Source: an uncultured Thermoleophilia bacterium (lineage in GTDB: Bacteria; Actinomycetota; Thermoleophilia; UBA2241). Taken from it: a DNA stretch of 64,000 nt. Each line of letters begins with the position of its first letter. The first letter of the stretch is position 1. The notes under the pieces were generated by a model. It was not told the DNA's origin, did no database searches, and worked only from the letters and a program-made list of their open reading frames with translations. The DNA lies in contig CAVPCT010000009.1 in the NCBI GenBank assembly GCA_963702475.1, positions 1 through 64,000 on the forward strand, read 5' to 3'. Below, piece after piece: positions 20,876 to 31,234 of this stretch. A program made the translations under genes and the position numbers.

Positions 20876-21982
20876 GTGAAGACCATCGTCGTCAAAGTCG
20901 GCTCCAGTACGGTCGCCGACGACCGGCTGCACCTGCGCCGCCGCCTGCTCGCGGGGCTGGCGGCCGATGTCGCCGGGCTCGTGCACGAGGGGCGTCGCGT
21001 GGTGCTGGTGTCCAGCGGCGCCATCGCCTGCGGGCAGTTCGTGCTCGGCGTCACCGAGCGCCCGCGCCTGGTGCCGGCGCTGCAGGCGGCCTCGGCCGTG
21101 GGCCAGGGCCGCCTGTTCGCGCACTACGAGCGCCTGTTCTCGGACCACGAGCTGGTCGCCGCCCAGGTGCTGCTCACGAGCGACGATTTCGCGCGCCGCA
21201 CGAGCTACGTCAACGCGCGCAACACCCTGCGCCGGCTCCTCGGCTGGGGCGTGGTGCCCATCATCAACGAGAACGACACCACGGCCACCGACGAGCTGCG
21301 CTTCGGCGACAACGACGTCCTGGCCGCGCAGGTCGCCATCATGCTTCGCGCCAACCTGCTGGTGCTGCTCACCGACCAGGACGGCCTCTACACCGCCGAC
21401 CCTCGCGCGGACGAGTCGGCGAGGCTCGTGGAGCTCATCAGCCACCCGCGCGAGCTCGTTTCGCTGAGTGTGGGCGGCGAGTCCAGCCGCGGGGCCGGCG
21501 GCATGCGCGGCAAGGTCGCGGCCGCTGTCATGGCTACCGCAGCCGACGTGCGCACGGTCATCGCCAACGGCTCGTACCCGGGCGTGCTGGCCGCCGCCGC
21601 GGCCGGCCAGAAGGTGGGCACCGTGGTGGCGCCGCGTCCGTCGCGTGTGTCGGCGTTCAAGCTCTGGCTGCGCTACGCCAAACCGGTGCGTGGTAGGCTG
21701 GACGTCGACGAGGGGGCGGCGCGGGCGGTCGCGGCGCGGGGAGGCAGCCTTCTTCCCGTGGGCGTGAGGGCCGTGCATGGCACGTTCGCCCCCGGGGACG
21801 TGGTCGCCATCGTGGGGCCCGAGGGTGTGGAGATCGCGCGTGGCCTGTGCACGATGAGCGCGCGCGACCTGCGGCGCGTCCACGGCCTGCGCAGCGAGCA
21901 GGTGCGGGAGGTCAACCCGCAGCTTGAGGACGAGGTAGTGCACCGGGACGCCCTGGTGCTGGTCGGCGAGGAGGTCGAGTGA
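20876..21982 (+). CDS. proB: Glutamate 5-kinase with PUA domain
   Basis: VVKVGSS, VSSGAIA, INENDT, FGDND, GGMRGK; TAGAAT 7 nt upstream. Confidence 0.95.
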   Translation: MKTIVVKVGSSTVADDRLHLRRRLLAGLAADVAGLVHEGRRVVLVSSGAIACGQFVLGVTERPRLVPALQAASAVGQGRLFAHYERLFSDHELVAAQVLLTSDDFARRTSYVNARNTLRRLLGWGVVPIINENDTTATDELRFGDNDVLAAQVAIMLRANLLVLLTDQDGLYTADPRADESARLVELISHPRELVSLSVGGESSRGAGGMRGKVAAAVMATAADVRTVIANGSYPGVLAAAAAGQKVGTVVAPRPSRVSAFKLWLRYAKPVRGRLDVDEGAARAVAARGGSLLPVGVRAVHGTFAPGDVVAIVGPEGVEIARGLCTMSARDLRRVHGLRSEQVREVNPQLEDEVVHRDALVLVGEEVE

Positions 21983-23226
21983 GCGTCGAACTGGTGTGCG
22001 CCGCGGCGCAACGCGCATCCCGAGTGCTCGCCGGGCTCACGCGAGCGCGCAAGGACGAAGCCCTGGATGCGGTGGCCGACGCGCTCGACCGCCGCGCCGC
22101 CGAGATCCTGGCGGAGAACGACGAAGACCTGCGGCTGGCGCGCAAGGCGAAGCTGGAGGGCGCACTCGTCGACCGCCTGCGGCTGGACGAGGACCGCCTG
22201 GCCGACGTCGCCGCGAGCGTCCGTACGCTCCGGGCGCTGCCCGATCCGGTCGGCCAGATCGTCGACGGCTGGCGTCTTCCCAACGGCATAGAGGTGCGCC
22301 GCGTGCGCGCGCCCCTCGGCGTGATCGCCGTCATCTACGAGGCCCGTCCCAACGTCACCGTCGACGCCGCCTGCCTGTGCCTCAAGACGGGCAACGCCGT
22401 CATCCTGCGCGGCGGTAGCGCCGCCCTGCACTCCAACCGCATCCTCTCCGAGGTCGTCCAGGGCGCCCTGCTCGAGGCCGGGCTGCCGCGCGAGGCCGTC
22501 ATGTACCTCTCGCCCGACCGCGAGCAACTCTACGAGCTTCTGCAGCAGCGCAGGTACGTCGACCTCATCATCCCGCGCGGCGGCGAGGAGCTGAAGGACT
22601 ACCTCGTGGAGCACAGCAAGGTGCCCGTGATCTACGCCGCCGGCGGCAACTGCCACATCTACGTCGACGCCTCGGCCGACATCGACATGGCCGTGCCCAT
22701 CATCGTCAACGCCAAGTGCCAGCGCCCCGGCGTGTGCAACGCCGCCGAGACCCTCCTGGTGCACAAGGACGCCGCGGCCGCCCTGCTGCCGCGAGCCGCC
22801 GAGGAGCTCACGCGGCGCGACGTCGAGCTGGCGGTCGACAAGGCCGCGGCGGACATCCTGGGCGATCCCACGCTCAAGCGCGCCAACAAGACGCACTACG
22901 AGACCGAGTTCCTGGCGCTCAAGCTTGCCGTGCGCGTGGTCGAGTCGCTGGACGAGGCTCTCGAGCACATCGCGACGTACGGCACGCGGCACTCGGAGGC
23001 CATCATCACCGAGGATCTCGGCTCGGCCCGGCGCTTCACGGCCGAGGTCGACGCCGCCTGCGTGTACGTCAACGCCTCCACCCGGTTCACCGACGGGGGC
23101 GAGTTCGGCCTCGGCGCCGAGATGGGCATCTCCACCCAGAAGCTCCACGTGCGCGGACCCATCGCCCTCCAGGAGCTCACGAGCGTCAAGTACGAGCTCT
23201 GGGGGGACGGCCAGGTCCGCGGGTAA
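21979..23226 (+). CDS. proA: Gamma-glutamyl phosphate reductase
   Basis: YEARPNVT, GVCNAAETLL, NASTRFTDGGEFGLGAEMGISTQKLHVRGP. Confidence 0.95.
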   Translation: MSVELVCAAAQRASRVLAGLTRARKDEALDAVADALDRRAAEILAENDEDLRLARKAKLEGALVDRLRLDEDRLADVAASVRTLRALPDPVGQIVDGWRLPNGIEVRRVRAPLGVIAVIYEARPNVTVDAACLCLKTGNAVILRGGSAALHSNRILSEVVQGALLEAGLPREAVMYLSPDREQLYELLQQRRYVDLIIPRGGEELKDYLVEHSKVPVIYAAGGNCHIYVDASADIDMAVPIIVNAKCQRPGVCNAAETLLVHKDAAAALLPRAAEELTRRDVELAVDKAAADILGDPTLKRANKTHYETEFLALKLAVRVVESLDEALEHIATYGTRHSEAIITEDLGSARRFTAEVDAACVYVNASTRFTDGGEFGLGAEMGISTQKLHVRGPIALQELTSVKYELWGDGQVRG

Positions 23227-23232
23227 ACGGGC

Positions 23233-23841
23233 GTGGAGGCCTCCCGGCCCCGCCTCGGAGTGCTCGGCGGCAGCTTCGACCCGCCGCACATCGCCCACCT
23301 CGCCATCGCCTCGGAGGCCTGCGGCCGCCTCGGTCTGGAGCGCGTCCTGTTCGTGCCGGCGGCGGCGCCGCCGCACAAGGACCCACACCTGGCGACGCCG
23401 GCGGACGTCCGCAGGGAGATGACCGAGCTGGCCGTCGAGGGCGACCTGCGCTTCGTCGAGTCAGGCCTGGAGGTCGAGCGTGACCTCGTCTACACACGTG
23501 ACACGCTCGACGCGGTCGCGGCCCGGTTCCCCGGCCGCGACCTGTACTTCATCATGGGCTCGGACTCGCTGGTGCAGCTGGACACGTGGAAGGACCCCTC
23601 CGGCATCCTCGAGCGCGCCACGCTGGCCGTCGCGCCGCGTCACGCCGATGCCGAGGAGCTCATCCTGCGGGCGCGCGAACGGTGGAGCACCGACCGCATC
23701 GTCCTGGTGCAGGCCCCGCACATCGCTCTCTCGTCGACCATGATCCGCGAGCGGGTGGCCGCACGGCTGCCCATCCGCTACCTGGTCCCGCTCGCGGTGG
23801 AGGAGTTCATCCGCGAGCGCGGCCTGTACCGGCGGCCGTGA
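23233..23841 (+). CDS. nadD: Nicotinate-nucleotide adenylyltransferase
   Basis: GGSFDPPHIAH, PPHK, FIMGSDS, SSTMIRER. Confidence 0.92.
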   Translation: MEASRPRLGVLGGSFDPPHIAHLAIASEACGRLGLERVLFVPAAAPPHKDPHLATPADVRREMTELAVEGDLRFVESGLEVERDLVYTRDTLDAVAARFPGRDLYFIMGSDSLVQLDTWKDPSGILERATLAVAPRHADAEELILRARERWSTDRIVLVQAPHIALSSTMIRERVAARLPIRYLVPLAVEEFIRERGLYRRP

Positions 23842-24398
23842 TCGGGCGAGACGAAGCCGAGCGGCTCATCGCGGCGCGCCTCTCGGAGAAGCGCGGCGCG
23901 CACGCGCACAGGGTGGCGGCGGAGGCCGTCTCGCTGGCCCGCCGCTACGGCGCGCCGGAGGACGCGGCAGAACTCGCCGGGCTGCTGCACGACTACTGCC
24001 GTGAGCTCAGCGACGAGGACACCCTTGCGGCCGCCGACCGCCACGGCATCGCCTACGGCGCCGTGGAGGAGCGGCGGCCGAAGCACATCCTGCACGGCCC
24101 GGTGGCGGCGGCCGAGCTCGCCGGGCGCGTGCCGCCCGAGGTGGCGCAGGCCATCGCCCGGCATACGGTGGGCGCAGCCGGCATGACCGTGCTCGACAAG
24201 TGCGTGTACCTCGCCGACTTCCTCGAGCCGGGGCGCGACTTTCCGGGCGTCGAGGAGGTGCGCGTCCTGGCGCGCACGTCGCTGGACGCCGCCGTCGCCG
24301 CCTCGTCGCGCATCACGCTGCTCGACCTCATCGGCCGCGGCCGCGGGGTGGTGCCGGCCGCGCTTGCGATGTACAACGAGAGTCATGCCGGACGCTGA
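23838..24398 (+). CDS. yqeK: HD-domain Ap4A hydrolase YqeK
   Basis: AH..V, GLLHDYCRE, LHGPVAA, HTVG, YLADFLEPGR; follows nadD. Confidence 0.88.
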   Translation: MIGRDEAERLIAARLSEKRGAHAHRVAAEAVSLARRYGAPEDAAELAGLLHDYCRELSDEDTLAAADRHGIAYGAVEERRPKHILHGPVAAAELAGRVPPEVAQAIARHTVGAAGMTVLDKCVYLADFLEPGRDFPGVEEVRVLARTSLDAAVAASSRITLLDLIGRGRGVVPAALAMYNESHAGR

Positions 24399-25614
24399 CA
24401 GAGGCAGGGAGGACGGCGCGTTGCGGCAGGGCGCGGACGAGCGTCGCCGCGAGCGCTCGCGGCGGGGCTACCGCGTCGACCGCCTGCGCCGCCGCCGCGA
24501 GGGCAAGACGCAGCGGCTGCAGACCTGGGTGCTGGTCGCCCTGGCGGTGGTCGTCGCCTTCGTGGCAGTGCTCGGCGCCTGGTACGTGGCCACGCGCTGG
24601 ATCGGCAAGCCGGCCACCGCGAGGCCCGCCGGCGCCCTCACGCTCCTTCAGCTCACCGCGGCGTCGGGAGAGCCGGTCGCCGCCGCGCTGGTCGTCAAGG
24701 ACCCGGTGTCGGGCGCGTCGGCGCTCTACGTCGTGCCGCGCGACCTGCTCCTGGAGGGCCCCAACGGCGAGTACGTGTTCGCAGAGGACGCCATGGTCGC
24801 CGGTACGCTCCGGGACGATCTGGCGCGCGTGGTCGGGGCGCCGATCGACGCATCGTACCGGCTGCCGGTGGCGGCGCTCGGCGACCTGGCCGGAGGTGGG
24901 CGGCTGCGGCTCACGATGACCGATCCCTCCAACGTGTTGGTCGACGGTGCCGAGCGCAGCTTCGACGACGGCAGCACGGTGTCGGCGGCCGAGGTGCCGG
25001 CTCTGTTCGCGGCCGCCGGTCCCACCGGGTGGGATGCAGCCCGGCTGCAGCAGGCGCTGTGGGGCGCGGCCGCCGAAGCCGCGGCGCTGCGGCCGCCGGC
25101 CGAGCTCGAGGCGACGCTCGAGAGCCTCTCGGCCGCGAGCGCCGCCTCCCAGGACCCGTGGTTCCTGGACGAGGCTCTCGCGGGCATGACGACCGGCGAC
25201 GCGGTGGTCGAGCTCTTCCCCTCGGACTCCCGCGTCGCCGAGGGTCAGTTCGCCTTCGTCCCCGACGCCGACCGGGTGCTGGCGGAGATCCGTCGCCGCT
25301 CGCCTTCTTACCGGAGCCGGTACACCGTGCAGGTGCGGAACGGCAGCGGTCAGGTGGGGGTCGGCGGGGCGGTGGCCGAGCAGCTCGCCGTGCTCGACGT
25401 GAACCTGCCGCCGGTGGTCAACGCCGAGAGCTTCGACTACCCGCAGACCCGCATCATCGCCGGCAGCGAGGCCCTCGCGGTGGCCGAGGAGGTCCGTGCT
25501 ATACTCGGCCGCGGTGTCGTGCTCGACTCTCCCGACCTCCCGGCCTACTCCGTCGTGGTCATCGTCGGCGCCGACACCGCGATCGACGAGACCGACCCAA
25601 AGGACCAGCAGTAG
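24385..25614 (+). CDS. Membrane-anchored LCP-like protein with LytR C-terminal domain
   Basis: Basic N-terminus, single TM, degenerate LCP region (YVVPRDL), VQVRNGSGQVG...VIVGAD LytR_C. Confidence 0.7.
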   Translation: MPDADRGREDGALRQGADERRRERSRRGYRVDRLRRRREGKTQRLQTWVLVALAVVVAFVAVLGAWYVATRWIGKPATARPAGALTLLQLTAASGEPVAAALVVKDPVSGASALYVVPRDLLLEGPNGEYVFAEDAMVAGTLRDDLARVVGAPIDASYRLPVAALGDLAGGGRLRLTMTDPSNVLVDGAERSFDDGSTVSAAEVPALFAAAGPTGWDAARLQQALWGAAAEAAALRPPAELEATLESLSAASAASQDPWFLDEALAGMTTGDAVVELFPSDSRVAEGQFAFVPDADRVLAEIRRRSPSYRSRYTVQVRNGSGQVGVGGAVAEQLAVLDVNLPPVVNAESFDYPQTRIIAGSEALAVAEEVRAILGRGVVLDSPDLPAYSVVVIVGADTAIDETDPKDQQ

Positions 25615-25976
25615 CCTCAGATCCTGAGCTCACGGCGGCCGAGGCCCTGGCACGCGATATCGCGGCTCGCGCCGCCGACAAGAAGGCATCCGACCTGGCA
25701 CTGCTGGCCATGGGCGGCGCGGTCAGCTACACCGACTTCTTCGTCCTCGCGACCGGCGCCAATCCCCGCCAGACCCGGGCGATCGCCGACGAGATCCAGC
25801 ACAAGGTGCGGCCGCGGCGGCCGGCGCGCGTGGAGGGCGAGCGCGAGGGTGAGTGGATCCTCCTCGACTACATCGACGTCGTCGTCCACGTGTTCACTCC
25901 GGCCGCACGCGACTTCTACCGGCTCGAGACGCTGTGGGGCGACGTCCCCCGCGTGGAGCTCGGTCTCGACGAGTGA
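25611..25976 (+). CDS. rsfS: Ribosome silencing factor (start codon uncertain)
   Basis: AADKKASD..TDFFVLATG..RQTRAIAD..EG..WILLDYIDVVVHVF..RDFYRLETLWGD. Confidence 0.9.
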   Translation, partial: VASDPELTAAEALARDIAARAADKKASDLALLAMGGAVSYTDFFVLATGANPRQTRAIADEIQHKVRPRRPARVEGEREGEWILLDYIDVVVHVFTPAARDFYRLETLWGDVPRVELGLDE

Positions 25977-26096
25977 GCGGTGCGCTTCGTGAGAGCGGCG
26001 TCCGGCCGGTGATGTCCGGTGCGTGGTCGACGGCAGGGTAGCATCCGGTGTTGCCGAATGTGTAAACTCCGGCGGAAGTCCTGGCGAAGGAGTCAC

Positions 26097-26609
26097 ATGC
26101 GCGCGAAGGTCTCCATCGTTCTGGTGCTGGCGGCCGTGCTGCTGGCGCTCGCGGCCGCGGCCCCGGCGATCGCCGGCGTCCGCGACGACCTCCAGGCCGA
26201 GGTGCTGCGCCTCGTCAATGCCGAGCGCGCCGAGCGCGGCCTGCGCGCCGTGCGGGCCGACGCGGCACTGCAGCGTGCGGCCACCGGCCACGCGCGCGAC
26301 ATGCTTGCGCGCGACTACTTCTCGCACAACTCCCTGAACGGCGACACCTGCGCCGACCGCGCTCGCCGCGCGGGCTACCGCACGGCGGGCTATCGCTCGT
26401 GGAGCATCTCCGAGGTCCTGGCCTGGGGTGAAGGGTGGAAGGGCAGCCCCGAGGCGGTCGTCGACGGCTGGATGCACTCGTCGTATCACCGGAGCGTGAT
26501 TCTCGGCAGGTCCTGGCGCGATGTCGGGGTCGCCTGCGTGCAGGGCAGCTTCCGCGGCTCGGGCACGTCGTTCATGTACACCCTGGACTTCGGACGGCGC
26601 GTGCGCTGA
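26097..26609 (+). CDS. Secreted CAP/SCP-domain protein
   Basis: Signal peptide; VNAERA..HARDM..YFSH..E..W.HS.YHR..IL. Confidence 0.85.
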   Translation: MRAKVSIVLVLAAVLLALAAAAPAIAGVRDDLQAEVLRLVNAERAERGLRAVRADAALQRAATGHARDMLARDYFSHNSLNGDTCADRARRAGYRTAGYRSWSISEVLAWGEGWKGSPEAVVDGWMHSSYHRSVILGRSWRDVGVACVQGSFRGSGTSFMYTLDFGRRVR

Positions 26610-26742
26610 TCCCCCGGCGCCGCGCCGGCCCGCCGGCGCGTGGCTGATCCCCCGGCGCATGTGGGCGCTCCGCGGCGAGCGTGATCCCCGTTCTCGGACC
26701 TCGACTCCCGGTCCGCCTCTGTCTTTCTGTCCCCGCAGCGGG

Positions 26743-26763
26743 TAGAATACGAACATATGTTCG
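26743..26763 (+). promoter_or_regulatory. LexA SOS box (Gram-positive type) plus -10 of dinB
   Basis: CGAACATATGTTCG (26750-26763) perfect CGAAC-N4-GTTCG palindrome overlapping the dinB start; TAGAAT at 26743-26748. Confidence 0.9.
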
Positions 26764-27998
26764 TAAAACGAGCCATCCTCCATCTGGACATGGACGCCTT
26801 CTTCGCCTCCGTCGAGCAGGCGCGCCGTCCCGAGCTCCACTGCAGGCCGGTCATCGTCGGCGGGCCGCGCGGGGGGCGGGGGGTCGTCTCGGCCTGCTCC
26901 TACGAGGCGCGCGTGTTCGGCGTGCACAGCGCCATGCCCATGTACCAGGCCGAGCGCCTGTGCCCGCACGCGGAGTTCCTGCCGGTCGACATGAAGGCCT
27001 ACCTCGCCGTGCACAAGGGTGTGGTCACGCTGCTGGAGCGCTACACCGACCTCGTCGAGGTGGCCTCCATCGACGAGGCGTACCTGGACGTCACCGGCAG
27101 CCGCCGGCTCTTCGGGCCGCCGCGGGCCATCGCCCACCGCATCCAGGAGCAGGTGTACGAGGCCCACGGCGTCACCTGCTCCATCGGCATCGGGCCCACC
27201 AAGCTGCTCGCCAAGCTCGCGGCCGGCATGAACAAGCCGGCCGGCATCGGCGAGCTCACCGACGCCGACGTGCACGGGCGCCTGCGCGACCTGCCGGTGG
27301 GCGACGTCTGCGGCATCGGCCCGGTCACCCAGGAGCGGCTCGCCGCCCTCGGCCTCACCACGGTCGGCATGCTGCAGGATGTGCCGTTCCCGCTGCTGGC
27401 CGCGGCGTTCGGCAAGGGCGCCCACGGGCTGCGCCAGCTGGCCATGGGGCGCAGCCTCTCGCCGGTGGACAGTCACCGGCCGCTGCCCAAGTCGGTCGGC
27501 CGCGAGATCACCTTCGCCGACGACACCAACGAGCTCGGCCTGCTGCGCGCCACGCTTCTCTCGCTGGCCGACAGCGCCGTCGACGATCTGCGGCGCAAGG
27601 GCCTGGCGGCGCGCACGGTGGCTGTCAAGGTGCGCTTCAACACCTTCCACACCGTCGGCCGCCGCCGCACGCTGGCCCGTCCCGTGAGCGCCACGCGGCC
27701 GGTCCACGAGGCCGCCGTGGAGCTGCTCGACGAGCTCGGCATCGGCGCCCGCTGGGTGCGCCTCGTGGGGGTCGGGCTGAGCAGCCTCACGCACAACGCC
27801 TTCCAGCTCACCCTGGACGAGAGCTGGCGTGAGGCGGCGCTCGGCGAGGCGGTCGACAAGGTGCGCGCCAAGTACGGGTTCAAGGCGCTCGCCCTGGCCG
27901 GCGGGGCTCTCTCCGGGGGCCGCCCCACCCACTCCACGCCGGCGCTCGCCTTCCACCCAGGCAGCGCCGCGTCAACGGCGCTGGAGATCGTCCCGTGA
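26757..27998 (+). CDS. dinB: DNA polymerase IV
   Basis: HLDMDAFFASVE, SYEAR, SIDEAYLD, KLLAKLA, GIG, KSVGRE. Confidence 0.95.
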   Translation: MFVKRAILHLDMDAFFASVEQARRPELHCRPVIVGGPRGGRGVVSACSYEARVFGVHSAMPMYQAERLCPHAEFLPVDMKAYLAVHKGVVTLLERYTDLVEVASIDEAYLDVTGSRRLFGPPRAIAHRIQEQVYEAHGVTCSIGIGPTKLLAKLAAGMNKPAGIGELTDADVHGRLRDLPVGDVCGIGPVTQERLAALGLTTVGMLQDVPFPLLAAAFGKGAHGLRQLAMGRSLSPVDSHRPLPKSVGREITFADDTNELGLLRATLLSLADSAVDDLRRKGLAARTVAVKVRFNTFHTVGRRRTLARPVSATRPVHEAAVELLDELGIGARWVRLVGVGLSSLTHNAFQLTLDESWREAALGEAVDKVRAKYGFKALALAGGALSGGRPTHSTPALAFHPGSAASTALEIVP

Positions 27999-28162
27999 CG
28001 GCCTCCGGACGAGCCACATGACGGCTTTCAGAGCGTGCCTCGGCAGCGGGCGCGCGAAGCGGCCGCTGTGCTAGACTTCATCCTTCCGACAGGAGACGAC
28101 CGGACTCTCGCGCGCGCCCGTGCGAGGGAGGCCGGCGAGACCACACACGAGGAGATCCCGGG

Positions 28163-30229
28163 ATGAACGACCCAGCCAAGATCAGGAACATCGCGCTCGT
28201 CGGCCACCGCGGTACGGGCAAGACGTCGCTGTTCGAGGCACTGCTCTTCGACGCCGGAGCGGTCACCAGACTGGGTTCCGTAGCGGACGGCACCACCGTC
28301 TCCGACTGGGACGACGACGAGAAGAAGCGCCAGATGAGCCTGTCGGCCGGTCTGGCGCACGTCGATCGCGGCGGTATCTCCTTCAACCTCATCGACACGC
28401 CCGGCGACTCGAGCTTCCTCGCCGACGCCATCGCCGCCCTTCAGGTCGTCGAGACGGCGCTGGTCATCGTCAACACCGTGCTGGGCGTCGAGGTCCAGAC
28501 GGAGCGCCTCTGGACGCGGGCCGAGGAGCGTGGCCTCGGCCGCGTCATCGTGTGCAACATGCTCGACCGCGAGCGCGCCGATTTCGACCACGCCCTCGAG
28601 GTCCTGAAGGAGTCGTTCGGCGCGCAGGTCGTCGCGGCGCAGCTGCCCATCGGCAAGGAGCACGACTTCAGGGGCGTCGTCGACCTCCTCTCGATGAAGG
28701 CGTACACGTATGCCAACGGCAAGGCGACGGCGGGCGAGATCCCCACCGAGCTCGCCGATGCCGCCGCCGCGGCCCGCGACAAGCTCGTCGACGCGGTGGC
28801 CAGCACCGACGATGCCCTCGCCGAGAAGTACCTCATGGAAGAGGAGATCACCGAGGCCGAGCTCGATGCCGCCTTCGCCGCGGCGGTGGCCGCCGCCCAG
28901 CTGTACCCGGTGGCCTGCGCCTCCGCCACGGCCAACATCGCCGTCGACCACCTCTTCGACGTCCTCGCCCTCACGCCGTCACCGGCCGACGCGCCGGCGC
29001 CCACCGTGCAGGACGAGGCCGAGGCCCAGCTCGAGTGCGACCCGGCCAAGCCGGCCGTGGCGTTCGTGTTCAAGACGCTCGCCGACCCGTTCAGCGGCCA
29101 CGTCAACGTGTTCCGCGTCTTCCAGGGAACCATCAGCAGCGACACGCAGGTCACCGTCGCCCGCGACGGCCACAAGGAGCGCCTCGGCCAGCTGCTCAAG
29201 ACCATGGGCAAGGAGAACAAGCAGTCAGACAAGCTCGTGGCCGGCGACATCGGCGCCATCGCCAAGCTCAAGGACGTCGTCACCGGCGACACCCTGTGCG
29301 AGGGCCAGGCCGTGAGCTTCCCCGCCATCGCCTTCCCGGCCCCGCTCATGAGCTTCGCCATCACCGCCAAGAGCAAGGGCGAGGAGGACAAGGTCATCAC
29401 CGCCCTGCGCCGTCTCTCCGAAGAAGACCCCATGCTCGAGGTGCACCGCGACGACCAGACCGGCGAGATGATCGTCGGCGGCATGAGCCAGGTGCACGTC
29501 GAGGTCACCGTCGAGCGCATGAAGCGCCGCTTCGGCGTCGAGGTCGAGCTCAAGCCGCCGCGCGTGCCCTATCGCGAGACCGTCAAGGGCTCCGCCAAGG
29601 CCGAAGGCAAGCACAAGAAGCAGACCGGCGGTCGCGGCCAGTTCGCCGACACCTGGATGGAGGTGTCGCCCAGGCCGCGCGGCGAGGGCTTCGAGTTCGT
29701 CGACAAGATCGTCGGCGGCGCCATTCCCCGCAACTTCATCCCCGCCGTGGAGAAGGGCGTGCGCGCGGCCATGTCCGAGGGCTTCCTGGCCGGGTACCCG
29801 GTCGTGGACGTCGAGGTCAAGCTGTACGACGGCAAGTTCCACCCCGTCGACTCCAGCGACATGGCCTTCCAGATCGCGGGCTCTCTGGGCTTCAAGGCGG
29901 CTGCCGAAAAGGCCCAGCCCGTGCTGCTCGAGCCCATCATGAACGTCGAGATCACCGTCCCCGAGGAGAACGTGGGCGACATCATCGGCGACCTCAACTC
30001 GCGGCGCGGCCGCGTGCTCGGTACCACGCCGCGCGGCCACTCCAACGTGGTCGGGGCCGAGGTGCCGCTGGCCGAGATGCTGAGCTACGCCCCCGACCTC
30101 ACTTCCATGACCGGCGGTCGCGGTGACTACCACATGGAGTTCCTGCGGTACGAAGAAGTACCGGCGCACATGGCCCAGAAGGTCATAGACCAGGCCAAGG
30201 CGGAGAAGGAAGAGGCCGCGAAGAGCTGA
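28163..30229 (+). CDS. Elongation factor G paralog (EF-G2-like)
   Basis: EF-G domains I-V (KKQTGGRGQF, GGAIP, DGKFHPVDSS, GDLNSRRG); stand-alone gene with altered G motifs. Confidence 0.9.
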   Translation: MNDPAKIRNIALVGHRGTGKTSLFEALLFDAGAVTRLGSVADGTTVSDWDDDEKKRQMSLSAGLAHVDRGGISFNLIDTPGDSSFLADAIAALQVVETALVIVNTVLGVEVQTERLWTRAEERGLGRVIVCNMLDRERADFDHALEVLKESFGAQVVAAQLPIGKEHDFRGVVDLLSMKAYTYANGKATAGEIPTELADAAAAARDKLVDAVASTDDALAEKYLMEEEITEAELDAAFAAAVAAAQLYPVACASATANIAVDHLFDVLALTPSPADAPAPTVQDEAEAQLECDPAKPAVAFVFKTLADPFSGHVNVFRVFQGTISSDTQVTVARDGHKERLGQLLKTMGKENKQSDKLVAGDIGAIAKLKDVVTGDTLCEGQAVSFPAIAFPAPLMSFAITAKSKGEEDKVITALRRLSEEDPMLEVHRDDQTGEMIVGGMSQVHVEVTVERMKRRFGVEVELKPPRVPYRETVKGSAKAEGKHKKQTGGRGQFADTWMEVSPRPRGEGFEFVDKIVGGAIPRNFIPAVEKGVRAAMSEGFLAGYPVVDVEVKLYDGKFHPVDSSDMAFQIAGSLGFKAAAEKAQPVLLEPIMNVEITVPEENVGDIIGDLNSRRGRVLGTTPRGHSNVVGAEVPLAEMLSYAPDLTSMTGGRGDYHMEFLRYEEVPAHMAQKVIDQAKAEKEEAAKS

Positions 30230-30339
30230 GTCGTTCGGGCGTTAAATGCCCGCAAATCAGGGTGCTTTCGGGACTCGTGGCGCTGGCCGCGCCGGGCCTG
30301 GGAGCGTAGAATCAGCGGTGTGAGAGAGAGGTGCATCCA

Positions 30340-31224
30340 GTGACCGACATCGGCACGATGCGTGTGAAGAGCGGCCTCGCCGACATGCTCAAAGGTGGCG
30401 TCATCATGGATGTCACCAACGCCGAGCAGGCGAAGATCGCGGAAGACGCCGGCGCCTGCGCCGTCATGGCGCTCGAGCGCGTGCCGTCGGACATCCGCGC
30501 CCAGGGCGGGGTGGCGCGCATGGCCGACCCCACCAAGATCCGCGAGATCCAGCAGTGCGTCTCCATCCCCGTGATGGCCAAGGCGCGCATCGGCCACTTC
30601 GTCGAGGCCCAGATCCTTGAGTCCCTCGAGGTCGACTACATCGACGAGAGCGAGGTGCTCACGCCCGCCGACGAGGCCAACCACATCAACAAGTGGAAGT
30701 TCAACGTGCCCTTCGTCTGTGGCGCCGTGAACCTCGGCGAGGCCCTGCGCCGCATCAGCGAGGGCGCCGCCATGATCCGCACCAAGGGCGAGGCCGGCAC
30801 CGGCGACGTGGTCGAGGCGGTGCGCCACATGCGCACCATCATGGGCGAGGTCCGGCGTCTGCAGACGCTCGACGAGGACGAGCTCTTCGTGGCCGCCAAA
30901 CAGCTGCCGGCGCCCTACGAGCTCGTCAAATGGGTCGCCGCGAACGGCAAGCTCCCGGTCGTCAACTTCTCGGCCGGGGGCATCGCCACCCCGGCCGACG
31001 CCGCCCTCATGATGCAACTCGGCGCCGAGGGCGTGTTCGTGGGCTCCGGCATCTTCAAGAGCGAGGATCCGCAGAAGCGCGCGAACGCCATCGTCAAGGC
31101 GGCGACCAACTACAAGGACGCGGCCGTGCTCGCCGAGGTCAGCGTCGGGCTCGGCGAGGCCATGCCCGGCATCGACGCGGCGCGCATGCCGGACGAGGCC
31201 AAGATCCAGCACCGGGGCTGGTGA
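30340..31224 (+). CDS. pdxS: PLP synthase subunit PdxS
   Basis: [37 protein letters not shown]. Confidence 0.97.
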   Translation: MTDIGTMRVKSGLADMLKGGVIMDVTNAEQAKIAEDAGACAVMALERVPSDIRAQGGVARMADPTKIREIQQCVSIPVMAKARIGHFVEAQILESLEVDYIDESEVLTPADEANHINKWKFNVPFVCGAVNLGEALRRISEGAAMIRTKGEAGTGDVVEAVRHMRTIMGEVRRLQTLDEDELFVAAKQLPAPYELVKWVAANGKLPVVNFSAGGIATPADAALMMQLGAEGVFVGSGIFKSEDPQKRANAIVKAATNYKDAAVLAEVSVGLGEAMPGIDAARMPDEAKIQHRGW

Positions 31225-31234
31225 GCGCAGCGGC

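Noticed and set aside
26030-26096. c-di-AMP riboswitch or sigma-28 promoter before the CAP gene (GCCGAAT)
   Set aside because: The leader is too short and lacks the other conserved riboswitch segments; no matching -35 element.
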